Shown: piece by piece, positions 15,848 to 24,429 of the stretch | How the letters are laid out: every line of letters starts with the position of its first letter | How positions within the stretch are numbered: the stretch's first letter is position 1 | Assembly (NCBI RefSeq): GCF_004376175.1 | Contig: NZ_SNUY01000013.1 | Coordinates: forward strand, 13,372-45,371 | Source of the DNA: Halalkalibacterium halodurans | GTDB lineage: Bacteria > Bacillota > Bacilli > Bacillales > Bacillaceae_D | DNA length: 32,000 bases | Reading direction: 5' to 3' | The notes under the pieces: model-generated | What the model saw: the letters and a program-made list of their open reading frames with translations, nothing else | What the model was told of the DNA's origin: nothing | Databases searched by the model: none | Program-made: the position numbers and the translations under genes

Positions 15848-16093
15848 TGTTCATTCATGGGATCGTCTATTGACCATACAATATACACATAACTAGACGG
15901 ATTTTGCCAAGTTGATTGTTAAAATCACGAGACGCCTACGGCAAGCGAGTGGTTTTTGAAACAACGAATCCCCTATAAAATAACTACCTTAATAACAAGA
16001 CTAGGACTCACCGACCGTGAGTGCCAATCCTATTAACTGCGTTTTATCCTAGCCCCTTTTTCTTAATTAGGATCCTATATAAAAGTGCGTACA

Positions 16094-17032
16094 TTACCCT
16101 TTCTTCTCTTGCATCAATCGTTTCGCTTCGTAATATAACGCTTGGGTAAACTTCTTGACATTGATACGTGCCGACGTATAAGAAGAGCTTGTCTCGTTTT
16201 TCAACTCGGTCATTTTGCTGCGCACGACGGAAAAATCAAAGAAGTGGGACGCGTATTCTTCAAATTTCGGATTCGAAAAGTCGATTAACCCTAACGAAGC
16301 CACGTGCTCCAATGATTGATATACGGCTCTTCTCACTCGTTGTTTCGCCGCTTTCACTTCCCTACGAACATCTCGTTCATCGGCAGCATCCCCTAGCTTC
16401 TCGCTCGCCAACTGTTCAAAAATTTCCTTCAACGCAGGGAGCCCTTTTTCAAATGAATATTCCTTCTCATATGTGTATAAAAACATGAGAATGTTCATTA
16501 AATCTTTACTTCCACTCTCCCCGGCAATCCCTAACTCCGATAACAAATACTGTCCATAGCTTTTAATCGAATCATCATGAAACACTTGCTCGTTCACTTG
16601 TGTCGGTATGCTCCCTTGAAGGACATTGCTCAATGACTTTTGAATATCATAAAGGGATTGTTCAAGCCTCGTATGGTTGATGACCTTACGAATAACCGAC
16701 AGCACCTCAATTTTGTTAATTGGTTTCATAATGTAATGCTCAATCCCAAGCAGATAGGCCTCGCTGATTAATTCCTTTGATTCAATTTGTGAGATCATAA
16801 TGATTTTCCCTTTGAATTCAGGCTTAATCTTTTGAATCGCCTCTAATCCATCACAATTTGGCATGAGCAAATCAATTAATAAAATATCTACTTGCTTTAT
16901 ATTTAATCGTTTTCCATCTAGCTCGCTTCCGTCCTCTGCCTCCCCTACGACTTGGCCTAATTGTTCATCCTCAATGATTTGAGCAAGAATTGAACGAACA
17001 GTCACATCATCATCTGTTATAAAAAAGTTCAT
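16094..17032 (-). CDS. glnL: Response regulator, GlnL/YcbB type (REC domain plus YcbB-type C-terminal domain)
   Basis: 312-aa ORF. The N-terminal receiver has DD..VR and the phospho-acceptor context DILLIDLLMP. The C-terminus is not OmpR-, NarL- or LytTR-like and is consistent with the YcbB family. It lies 5 nt downstream of the kinase gene. Confidence 0.75.
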   Translation of the reverse strand: MNFFITDDDVTVRSILAQIIEDEQLGQVVGEAEDGSELDGKRLNIKQVDILLIDLLMPNCDGLEAIQKIKPEFKGKIIMISQIESKELISEAYLLGIEHYIMKPINKIEVLSVIRKVINHTRLEQSLYDIQKSLSNVLQGSIPTQVNEQVFHDDSIKSYGQYLLSELGIAGESGSKDLMNILMFLYTYEKEYSFEKGLPALKEIFEQLASEKLGDAADERDVRREVKAAKQRVRRAVYQSLEHVASLGLIDFSNPKFEEYASHFFDFSVVRSKMTELKNETSSSYTSARINVKKFTQALYYEAKRLMQEKKG

Positions 17033-17037
17033 TCCCT

Positions 17038-18351
17038 CTACTCCCTTTCAACGACATTTTTCATCGGCAATTGAATCGTAAACACTGATCCTTTTCCTCC
17101 TTGGCCTCGTTCATAGACAACCGTTCCACCAAGCTTGTCAACCATATCATGTACATAGGTTAAGCCAATACCCGTTGAAGGCTTCCCTGTATGATCAAAT
17201 TTAGACGTAAAGCCGGGTTTAAAGATAAGCGCTCGGTGCTTATCTGGGATTCCTGGGCCGTCATCTTCAATTCGAAATTCTACTGTCTGCCCTAACGCTT
17301 TGACACGGATCGTTAACATCCCTTTTCCGTCTATCGCTTCTACCGCATTGGCAACCAAATTGTTGATAATCGAGAGATGTGTGTAAATGTGGTAGGGTGG
17401 GTGCTCACCTTGAATGGAATAATGAAAATCAATCTCTTTTCCTAATAGCTGAGCGTATTTTTCATTTGTCCGCACAATCATTTTAATAATTTGCCCAATC
17501 TCAATATAGTCTACATAGCTTTCATTTGAGATAAGCTTTGACAAGCCCGCAAAAATTCGTTGATTGTCCTTTTTGATTTCGTGCACTTCCCCTGAGATTT
17601 CCAATAGCCTTTTGCTTATTTTCTCTAAATGGGGATTCACTTGATCCATGTGCTCGCTTTGAAGTCGTTTCATTTCACGGTACAACCCAAACACCTTACT
17701 CGTTATGTCTTCCGAGTTTTGTAGCGTCTTTTTTAAATGAACCGACTCCTCGTACAAATTAGAAATAAGCAACAGCATATGTTCATTCCGCTTGCGTATT
17801 TCCAATTCACGCGACCTTGTTTCATATAGCTTCATCATGCTGAAAACACCTAGCACGATAAAGCTGTGGGAAAAAGCGATTAATAAAATTTGGAAGATGG
17901 AATCCTTTGTCACCATGACACCAAATGCGAAATATTGCGCGATGAATTCAGCTGTATCGGCTAAAATCTCAATGATAATTCCAAACAAAAAGATGATCAA
18001 AGGCTGCTCATGGAAACGCTGAACCTTTGCTAAAGAAAACAATAATGAGTACGTAAAATAAAAGAAAAAGGTCGGATAATGGATCTCAAACGAATCCACC
18101 CAATAAAAATCAGCATGTAGTGTATCTAAAAAAACTCGAAACACAACGACAGCAACCGCTGTAAAAAAACCCGGAACGATTGCAGCCGTATTTCGCAAGA
18201 ACAATAAAAATAAGAAGAAGATCGGTGGCCCTAAACTGACACGGAACGTTTCATTAACTGGATAAAAATTAATTTCTCCTGCAATTGGTACAAACAACAA
18301 CATCGAGAGGATAATCATATAATCTTTCGAAAGAAACGGACGAATGTTCAA
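17038..18351 (-). CDS. glnK: Sensor histidine kinase, GlnK/YcbA type (multi-TM N-terminal sensor plus HATPase)
   Basis: 437-aa ORF with a TTG start behind AGGAAGTGA. It has about 6 N-terminal TM helices and a C-terminal ATPase with an N-box (NNLVANAVEA), G1 (EDDGPGI) and G2 (GIGL). Confidence 0.75.
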   Translation of the reverse strand: MNIRPFLSKDYMIILSMLLFVPIAGEINFYPVNETFRVSLGPPIFFLFLLFLRNTAAIVPGFFTAVAVVVFRVFLDTLHADFYWVDSFEIHYPTFFFYFTYSLLFSLAKVQRFHEQPLIIFLFGIIIEILADTAEFIAQYFAFGVMVTKDSIFQILLIAFSHSFIVLGVFSMMKLYETRSRELEIRKRNEHMLLLISNLYEESVHLKKTLQNSEDITSKVFGLYREMKRLQSEHMDQVNPHLEKISKRLLEISGEVHEIKKDNQRIFAGLSKLISNESYVDYIEIGQIIKMIVRTNEKYAQLLGKEIDFHYSIQGEHPPYHIYTHLSIINNLVANAVEAIDGKGMLTIRVKALGQTVEFRIEDDGPGIPDKHRALIFKPGFTSKFDHTGKPSTGIGLTYVHDMVDKLGGTVVYERGQGGKGSVFTIQLPMKNVVERE

Positions 18352-18522
18352 ACGATGTCACTTCCTATTATGTGAAAAATTCAGCATAACGCAATCCTTA
18401 TGGCGGATACGTTTAGTTTTTATATTCCTGTAGTAACAGTGTAAAATCTCGTGAGTCCCTTGCTCTTTTCCTTTCTATATTGCCATTACTTCTGTATAAA
18501 GTATATGAAAATTTTTGGTTCG

Positions 18523-18548
18523 AGCTGTAGTCTTCTGTTTCTTTCTGT
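18523..18548 (+). promoter_or_regulatory. Candidate GlnL-type site: three hexamers phased at 10 bp (AGCTGTagtcTTCTGTttctTTCTGT)
   Basis: A -10-like TAGACT (18560-18565) follows after 11 nt, about 60 nt upstream of the glsA ATG. The layout parallels 14191..14216. Confidence 0.55.
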
Positions 18549-18578
18549 AGCCTCCATCATAGACTAGACTTACCAATA

Positions 18579-18592
18579 TGTAAACGCTTTCA
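18579..18592. promoter_or_regulatory. cre box TGTAAACGCTTTCA (perfect match to TGWAANCGNTNWCA)
   Basis: Read directly from the sequence. It lies between the putative -10 element and the glsA SD. Confidence 0.7.
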
Positions 18593-18609
18593 TTAATAGG
18601 GGGTCAGCT

Positions 18610-19584
18610 ATGCTTCAACAAAAACAATCGCTTCTTGAGCACAAGCCAGTCTTAAGTAAGGAGCTTGAAAAATTAGTCAACCATTATCGCACTTTAAGCC
18701 TTAACGGTCAATGTGCCCAATACATTCCTGCTCTACGAGAAGCAAATCAAACAGACCTCGGCCTTTACGTCGTTCATTCGAACGGAATCGAAATCAAATC
18801 CGGTGATTGGCAAGTCCCTTTCACATTGCAAAGTATCTCAAAAATAATCAATTTTATCGCAGCTTGTCTCGATCGCGGGATCACTTATGTGTTAGATCGA
18901 GTTGATGTGGAGCCTACTGGGGATCCGTTCAATTCCATGGTTCGTCTTGAAATGCGCAAAACAGGAAAACCATTCAACCCGATGATCAATGCCGGTGCCA
19001 TTACTGTCGCCTCTCTCCTTTCAGGGAAATCGCCAACGGAAAAGCTCGAATCAGTTTATTCGCTAGTTGAAAAAATGCTCGGAAGGCGAGCATCAGCCAA
19101 TGAAGCCGTGTTCCACTCCGAATGGCAGACAGCTCATCGAAACCGCTCACTAGCGTATTATTTAAAGGATACAGGCTACTTAGAATCTGAAGTGGGCGAC
19201 GCCTTGCACGTGTATTTCACCCTATGTGCAATCGAAGTGGCGACAAAGGACATTGCCAAAATCGGACTCATTCTTGCAAACAATGGGTATGATCCTCTCA
19301 GTCATCAACAGATCTTTCCGAAGGAAGTCGCGAAATTAACGAAAGCGTTAATGCTCACATGCGGGATGTACAATGCATCTGGAACGTTTGCTGCCCATAT
19401 TGGCGTCCCCGCAAAAAGCGGCGTCTCTGGTGGAATCATGGCAGCTGTCCCAGCAAGAGGACGAAGGGACGAGGCGATGGACATCGGCATCTATGGGCCA
19501 GCTATCGATGACTTTGGCAACAGCGTCGCCGGAGTCGCCTTACTAAAACATCTTTCTCACATGTGGGATTTAAGCATTTTTTAG
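18610..19584 (+). CDS. glsA: Glutaminase A
   Basis: 324-aa ORF with serine-dependent glutaminase motifs (QSISKI, PFNPMINAGAI, SGVSGGI, YGPAID..GNS). Confidence 0.92.
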   Translation: MLQQKQSLLEHKPVLSKELEKLVNHYRTLSLNGQCAQYIPALREANQTDLGLYVVHSNGIEIKSGDWQVPFTLQSISKIINFIAACLDRGITYVLDRVDVEPTGDPFNSMVRLEMRKTGKPFNPMINAGAITVASLLSGKSPTEKLESVYSLVEKMLGRRASANEAVFHSEWQTAHRNRSLAYYLKDTGYLESEVGDALHVYFTLCAIEVATKDIAKIGLILANNGYDPLSHQQIFPKEVAKLTKALMLTCGMYNASGTFAAHIGVPAKSGVSGGIMAAVPARGRRDEAMDIGIYGPAIDDFGNSVAGVALLKHLSHMWDLSIF

Positions 19585-19615
19585 TTTACTAAACGAAAAA
19601 AAGGTGGAATGACGT

Positions 19616-20908
19616 ATGACCATTTTGACAGAGCCACAGCGGACGCAAGTAGATGAAATGAAAGAGATCACCGAATTAAGCTTATTACAGTCAACCCAAT
19701 CCGTCATCAAAGAAGCGCTTGATCTCCTCGGTTATTCTGAGGCAACATATGAGCTTTTAAAAGAGCCGATTCGAATGCTAACGGTCCGCATTCCTGTACG
19801 GATGGATGATGGAAACGTCAATATATTCACCGGCTACCGAGCCCAACACAATGATGCAGTAGGTCCGACAAAAGGCGGTGTTCGCTTCCATCCCGACGTG
19901 AATGAAAATGAAGTAAAAGCCCTCTCCCTATGGATGAGTTTAAAATGCGGGATTGCTGACCTTCCATATGGCGGCGGGAAAGGCGGGATTATTTGTGATC
20001 CGCGTACGATGTCGTTCGGTGAATTGGAACGATTAAGCCGTGGCTATGTACGGGCGATTAGTCAAATCGTCGGGCCTACGAAAGACATTCCGGCACCTGA
20101 CGTTTTCACGAACTCACAGGTGATGGCGTGGATGATGGACGAATATAGCCGCATTCGGGAATTTGATTCCCCTGGCTTTATTACGGGAAAACCGATTGTC
20201 CTCGGTGGCTCCCTCGGACGGGAAAGCGCAACAGCAAAAGGGGTCATCATTTGCATTGAAGAAGCGGCGAAGAGAAACCAGCTTGACCTCAAAGGGGCCC
20301 GTGTCATCATTCAAAGGTTTGGGAATGCTGGCAGCTTCCTAGCCAAACTTCTTCACGACGCTGGTGCTCTCATTGTCGGGATTTCCGATGCGTACGGCGC
20401 ACTTTATGATCAGGCTGGCCTTGATATCGAATACTTGTTAGATAAACGTGATAGTTTTGGAACGGTCACCAACTTATTTAAGAAGACGATTAGCAATCAA
20501 GAGCTTTTGATTTCCGATTGTGACATTCTTGTCCCCGCTGCGATTTCAAATCAAATTACAAAGGAAAACGCTCATGACATTAAAGCAAAAGTAGTCGTTG
20601 AGGCTGCGAACGGAACAACGACGCTAGAAGCGACTCGGATTTTAACCGAGCGGGGCATTTTTTTAGTCCCCGATGTGTTGGCTAGTTCAGGAGGGGTTAC
20701 GGTCTCTTACTTTGAATGGGTACAAAACAACCAAGGTTACTACTGGAGTGAAGAAGAAATCGACCAAAAGTTCCGCAACATGATCGTAGATTCATTTGAG
20801 AAGATATGCACCTTCTCAAAACAGCACCAAGTCGACATGCGTCTCGCCGCCTATACGGTCGGCGTTAAGCGAATGGCTGAGGCTTCTCACTTTAGAGGCT
20901 GGGTATAA
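19616..20908 (+). CDS. gudB: NAD-type glutamate dehydrogenase (GudB/RocG-like) with atypical residues in conserved motifs
   Basis: 430-aa ORF, 31 nt after glsA, with SD AAGGTGGA. Motifs GPTKGGVRFHP and LPYGGGKGG are intact. The nucleotide-binding motif reads QRFGNAG where QGFGNAG is expected, and AANGTTT appears where AANGPTT is expected. Confidence 0.9.
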   Translation: MTILTEPQRTQVDEMKEITELSLLQSTQSVIKEALDLLGYSEATYELLKEPIRMLTVRIPVRMDDGNVNIFTGYRAQHNDAVGPTKGGVRFHPDVNENEVKALSLWMSLKCGIADLPYGGGKGGIICDPRTMSFGELERLSRGYVRAISQIVGPTKDIPAPDVFTNSQVMAWMMDEYSRIREFDSPGFITGKPIVLGGSLGRESATAKGVIICIEEAAKRNQLDLKGARVIIQRFGNAGSFLAKLLHDAGALIVGISDAYGALYDQAGLDIEYLLDKRDSFGTVTNLFKKTISNQELLISDCDILVPAAISNQITKENAHDIKAKVVVEAANGTTTLEATRILTERGIFLVPDVLASSGGVTVSYFEWVQNNQGYYWSEEEIDQKFRNMIVDSFEKICTFSKQHQVDMRLAAYTVGVKRMAEASHFRGWV

Positions 20909-20919
20909 GAAAGGGTGTG

Positions 20920-20957
20920 TGAGGCTCCTACCGTTTTGGGGAGGGGCCTCATTTCAT
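20920..20957 (+). terminator. Terminator hairpin after the glsA-gdh operon
   Basis: tgaggctcc-(14 nt)-ggggcctca is followed by tttcatt. The stem is imperfect. Confidence 0.55.
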
Positions 20958-21182
20958 TAGTAAGCATAGGCAAAATTCAGCCCTTTAAATCAACAATCCA
21001 CTTACTCTGGAGGTCCATGTTCCTTCCTTTTTCCAGTTCATCGTTTAATCTATCGTTTGTCGTTCACTAACCTGTGGCGAAACATTCATCAGTTGGCTGC
21101 GCCCTGTTTTTTCACTCTTTTTTTGGGGATAGTATAAAAAGGAATCTGTTTTTACTTTCTGTTAAGGAGATGAGGCAAAACT

Positions 21183-21965
21183 ATGCCGTTTGCGAAAGAA
21201 AAAGGGCAACCAGCGATTTACTATGAAACGATCGGAAAAGGGACACCGATTATTTTTATTCCTCCTCCAGGTGTAGGGCATCTTACCTTCCGTTATCAAA
21301 TCCCATTAATGGATCAATGTAAGCTGATTACGTTTGACGTGAGAGGCGATTGCCAAAGTGAACGGAGCACTGAGCCGATGACAATGACACAGCTTGCCTA
21401 CGATGTGAAACGGGTACTCGATGCAAATTGCGTAAGAAAAGCGATTGTTTGTGGGTACTCGAACGGAGCTGCGATCGCGCAGGAATTTGCCCTCACCTAT
21501 CCGGAACGAACAGCCGGTGTTATTTTGATTGGCGGCTATTTTGCCGTGAAGAACTTTTTGCTCGAGAAAGAATACAAACTAGGCATATGGGCGGCACGCA
21601 ACGAACTGATGCCCCTTCTAGCCTCAGGCCTCGCAAAAAATCATTTTATCGACAAACAAGCGGCAAATGAACTTTATGCCGAGATCATGAAGACAGATCC
21701 ACAAATGCTCGCCGATCAATATACTACTGGATTGCATTATAGTAGTGAAGACCGCCTTCATCAATTACGCGTTCCATTGTTGTTAATTTACGGGGCAAAC
21801 GATCACTATCTCCAGCCTTACCAAACGCGTTTCCGTGAGCTCGTCCACGACGTAGAGATCGTCTACATTCAAGGCGTAAAACATCAAGTTCCTTCAAAGG
21901 CTCCTCATGAATGCAATGCCGTCCTCCGTGAGTGGATGCGACGGAAGCAATTTATTCCCTCTTAA
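21183..21965 (+). CDS. Alpha/beta-fold hydrolase
   Basis: 260-aa ORF with the nucleophile elbow GYSNG and a C-terminal H (VKHQVP) consistent with a Ser-Asp-His triad. Confidence 0.8.
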   Translation: MPFAKEKGQPAIYYETIGKGTPIIFIPPPGVGHLTFRYQIPLMDQCKLITFDVRGDCQSERSTEPMTMTQLAYDVKRVLDANCVRKAIVCGYSNGAAIAQEFALTYPERTAGVILIGGYFAVKNFLLEKEYKLGIWAARNELMPLLASGLAKNHFIDKQAANELYAEIMKTDPQMLADQYTTGLHYSSEDRLHQLRVPLLLIYGANDHYLQPYQTRFRELVHDVEIVYIQGVKHQVPSKAPHECNAVLREWMRRKQFIPS

Positions 21966-22065
21966 CGAGAGAAGGTGTTATAAGATCGTTGTAAATACTA
22001 ACGTCTTCCCCTTTTTCTACAGGATATTTATTGTTACTTTTCGTAGATATCTTACAGGATAAGCC

Positions 22066-22092
22066 ACATTCTCTAGGCATACGCATATGCTA
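22066..22092 (+). promoter_or_regulatory. Possible sigma-K-type promoter (AC-N16-CATATGCTA)
   Basis: It matches the mother-cell consensus AC-N16/17-CATANNNTA. If used, the track ATG at 22087 would not be transcribed, and the start would be 22117 or 22126. Confidence 0.3.
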
Positions 22093-22125
22093 AATCGGAC
22101 CAATCTCTTGAAGGGAATGAGCAGC

Positions 22126-23013
22126 ATGAATAATCTGTATCCTTATGGCGCGCCCGATTCTAATCTGTACGCTAGAAAGCAAGAAGAATACGATCAACAG
22201 ATTGCAGAAGCCATCTTAGCTGGAATTAAACGAGAAGCTACTGCCATCGAGCTTTATCGGAGATTAGCGGATGAAGCACCAAGTGAACAGCATCAGCATG
22301 ACATCCGCCAAGCGCTAGAAAACAAACAAGCTTCTTTGACTCAATTTACGAATGCTTATAGGATCCTCACAGGTCAACAGCCTCAAATGGAGGTCGATGA
22401 CGTTTCTTTTTATCGTTTCCACGAAGGGTTGCAAAAAGCGTATGAAATAGAAGTGGAGGGGTATGAGGAATATGAAAGAAGCAGTGCCCTTACCGAGAAC
22501 CCACACGTACAGCATGCCTTTTGGATCGCTTTAAATACGGAACACGAAAACACCACTCGGCTTTATCGCTCGCTACATGAAGAAGCTGATCACCGTGTAA
22601 CGGACCATGGACCGAGACCGTTTGTCGTGAACATTGAGGATGAGACGAAGCGAAACCGAGCCTTCCGCCGTGCGTTATGGACTGGGGACCATTTGCAAGT
22701 CACCTTGATGAATATTCAAGTGGGTGAAGATATCGGCCTTGAAATCCACCCGCATCTTGATCAATTTTTACGTGTAGAAGAAGGTCGTGGTCTCGTCCAA
22801 ATGGGCCACCGCCAAGACAATTTACATTTTCAAGAGGAAGTCTTTGACGACTATGCGATCCTCATCCCTGCCGGAACGTGGCACAACGTAAGGAACACTG
22901 GCAATCGGCCACTTAAACTTTACTCCATCTATGCTCCGCCCCAGCACCCACACGGTACCGTGCATGAAACGAAGGCGATCGCGATGGCTGCTGAAGAGCA
23001 CCATCATTTGTAA
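22126..23013 (+). CDS. Ferritin-like (YhjR/rubrerythrin-like) domain fused to a C-terminal cupin domain
   Basis: The track ORF runs 22087..23013. I prefer the ATG at 22126 because AAGGGA lies about 10 nt upstream; 22087 and 22117 remain possible. The N-terminal half is helical and Glu/His-rich (IKREATAIELY, EIEVEGYEEYE, HENTTRLY). The C-terminal half has cupin motifs (GLEIHPHLDQFLRVEEG, PAGTWHNVRNTG). Confidence 0.75.
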   Translation: MNNLYPYGAPDSNLYARKQEEYDQQIAEAILAGIKREATAIELYRRLADEAPSEQHQHDIRQALENKQASLTQFTNAYRILTGQQPQMEVDDVSFYRFHEGLQKAYEIEVEGYEEYERSSALTENPHVQHAFWIALNTEHENTTRLYRSLHEEADHRVTDHGPRPFVVNIEDETKRNRAFRRALWTGDHLQVTLMNIQVGEDIGLEIHPHLDQFLRVEEGRGLVQMGHRQDNLHFQEEVFDDYAILIPAGTWHNVRNTGNRPLKLYSIYAPPQHPHGTVHETKAIAMAAEEHHHL

Positions 23014-23021
23014 AAGACTTT

Positions 23022-23057
23022 CCAACAACCTAGGCACACTTTTCACAATGCAAAGTG
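23022..23057 (+). terminator. Rho-independent terminator
   Basis: aggcacacttt-(9 nt)-aaagtgtgcct is followed by ttttt. Confidence 0.8.
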
Positions 23058-23119
23058 TGCCTTTTTTGATTCTTCCTAAACAAACCTATTGATGATGATT
23101 GGAAAGGCCATTTTAAGAG

Positions 23120-23509
23120 GTGGGGGACCGTGTAGAGCAAGAAGCAGCAAATAGCCAAGATATGTGGCAGCAGTTAGTTAATGGGTGCCGTGCATTTCTT
23201 ACAGCGGCAGTAGAGTCTCAAAATCATCGTATTTTATTAATTGATGGTCCTGCTGTCCTAGGTTGGGATACGTTTCGAATGATGGATCAGAAATATTCAA
23301 TGAACTCCTTGAGAGAACAGTTACAACTTATGCAAGAGCATGGACAATTACTCCCTGTCTCAATCGATGCGTTGACCCATTGTCTTTCAGGGGCTATGAA
23401 TGAAGCAGCCCTCTGGCTGGCAGAAAATCCACAAAAGCCCGTAACTGAACTCATGACAACCTTGGAAATTTTGCTTGAAGGATTTAGACAGCATCCGACG
23501 AATATGTAA
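23120..23509 (+). pseudogene. TetR/AcrR-family regulator remnant: C-terminal ligand domain only, N-terminal HTH missing
   Basis: The 129-aa ORF begins right after an in-frame TAA, only about 60 nt downstream of the preceding terminator. The sequence (WQQLVNGCRAFLTAAVES..RILLIDGPAVLGWDTFR..D....SLREQL...) matches the region that follows the roughly 60-aa HTH in full-length TetR proteins. Confidence 0.6.
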
Positions 23510-23564
23510 AGCTGCTTCACATTAAAAATTATAAGTGTGCACACTTTAGAGAGGGGCTTAAACG

Positions 23565-24137
23565 TTGACTATTCATGAGTTAAGAGATAATGCATCGATT
23601 AAAGCAAAAAATGGCCTCGGCTTTATCCTTTCAGGTACAGTCGTTTGGTTCTTGATCACGTTCATTTTTCTTCTACCATTCACACTTCAAACGAAGAACA
23701 TTTTCATGCTGGCGATGACAGGGTTGCTGTTCCCGTTAGCTGTTGGCATCTCATCCATCATGAAAGCCGATTGGAAATTAGAAAAGAACCCTTTAAACAA
23801 GCTAGGCTTGACCTTGAATTTTGCCCAATTTATCTATTTTCCTATCGTGTTCTGGGCTTTTATCGAAAGCCCAAAAGAAATGATCATTTTCTTCGCTGTA
23901 ATAACAGGAGCCCATTTTTTCCCTTATGGTTGGTTTTATCGAGCGAGAGCCTACTCTGCTATGACCCCTGTTATCTCCATCGTGATCGTAATTATTGGCT
24001 GGACCGTTGACCTGACGAAACTATGGCTCATCCCACTGATAATGACGTTGCTTTTACTCCTTTTAAGTGTTTGGTTATTCGCAGATTACAAGAAAAAATC
24101 GTCAACCACTACCTTTGGGGCAAGTCAAGGAATGTAA
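23565..24137 (+). CDS. Hypothetical integral membrane protein (5-6 TM)
   Basis: 190-aa ORF with a TTG start behind GAGAGGGG. The product is hydrophobic, and I do not recognise the family. Confidence 0.65.
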   Translation: MTIHELRDNASIKAKNGLGFILSGTVVWFLITFIFLLPFTLQTKNIFMLAMTGLLFPLAVGISSIMKADWKLEKNPLNKLGLTLNFAQFIYFPIVFWAFIESPKEMIIFFAVITGAHFFPYGWFYRARAYSAMTPVISIVIVIIGWTVDLTKLWLIPLIMTLLLLLLSVWLFADYKKKSSTTTFGASQGM

Positions 24138-24146
24138 ATAAGCCAA

Positions 24147-24180
24147 AAAGCGACAGCCTTAACTTCGGCTGTCGCTTTCC
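24147..24180. terminator. Bidirectional terminator between convergent units
   Basis: aaagcgacagcc-ttaacttc-ggctgtcgcttt is a 12-bp stem. The T-run is better on the minus strand, at the end of the lacZ operon. Confidence 0.7.
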
Positions 24181-24216
24181 GCTAAGAAATTAAGTTGGTT
24201 CCCCGATGACGTATGC

Positions 24217-24429
24217 TCAGACTTTGCTGTCCCTAGATTCAACATCTTCCCTTTTAATACTATACTCGTACAGCCAAATAATACGAGTAGCACCGGAAGT
24301 AAAAAAGACATTCGTTGTTTTCATCGTGACATCATTACCAACTTTTCTTGGCACATCATTTAGTAAATGATGACTACCGCATAGTTGCACAACAAGTTCA
24401 GCTTTGACAACCCCCCCTACCATTTGCAC
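24217..24429 (-). CDS. Doubtful 70-aa ORF directly after lacZ (possible gene remnant)
   Basis: An open frame only. It has no convincing SD, contains a G7 run near its start, and I recognise no family. Confidence 0.2.
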   Translation of the reverse strand: MQMVGGVVKAELVVQLCGSHHLLNDVPRKVGNDVTMKTTNVFFTSGATRIIWLYEYSIKREDVESRDSKV

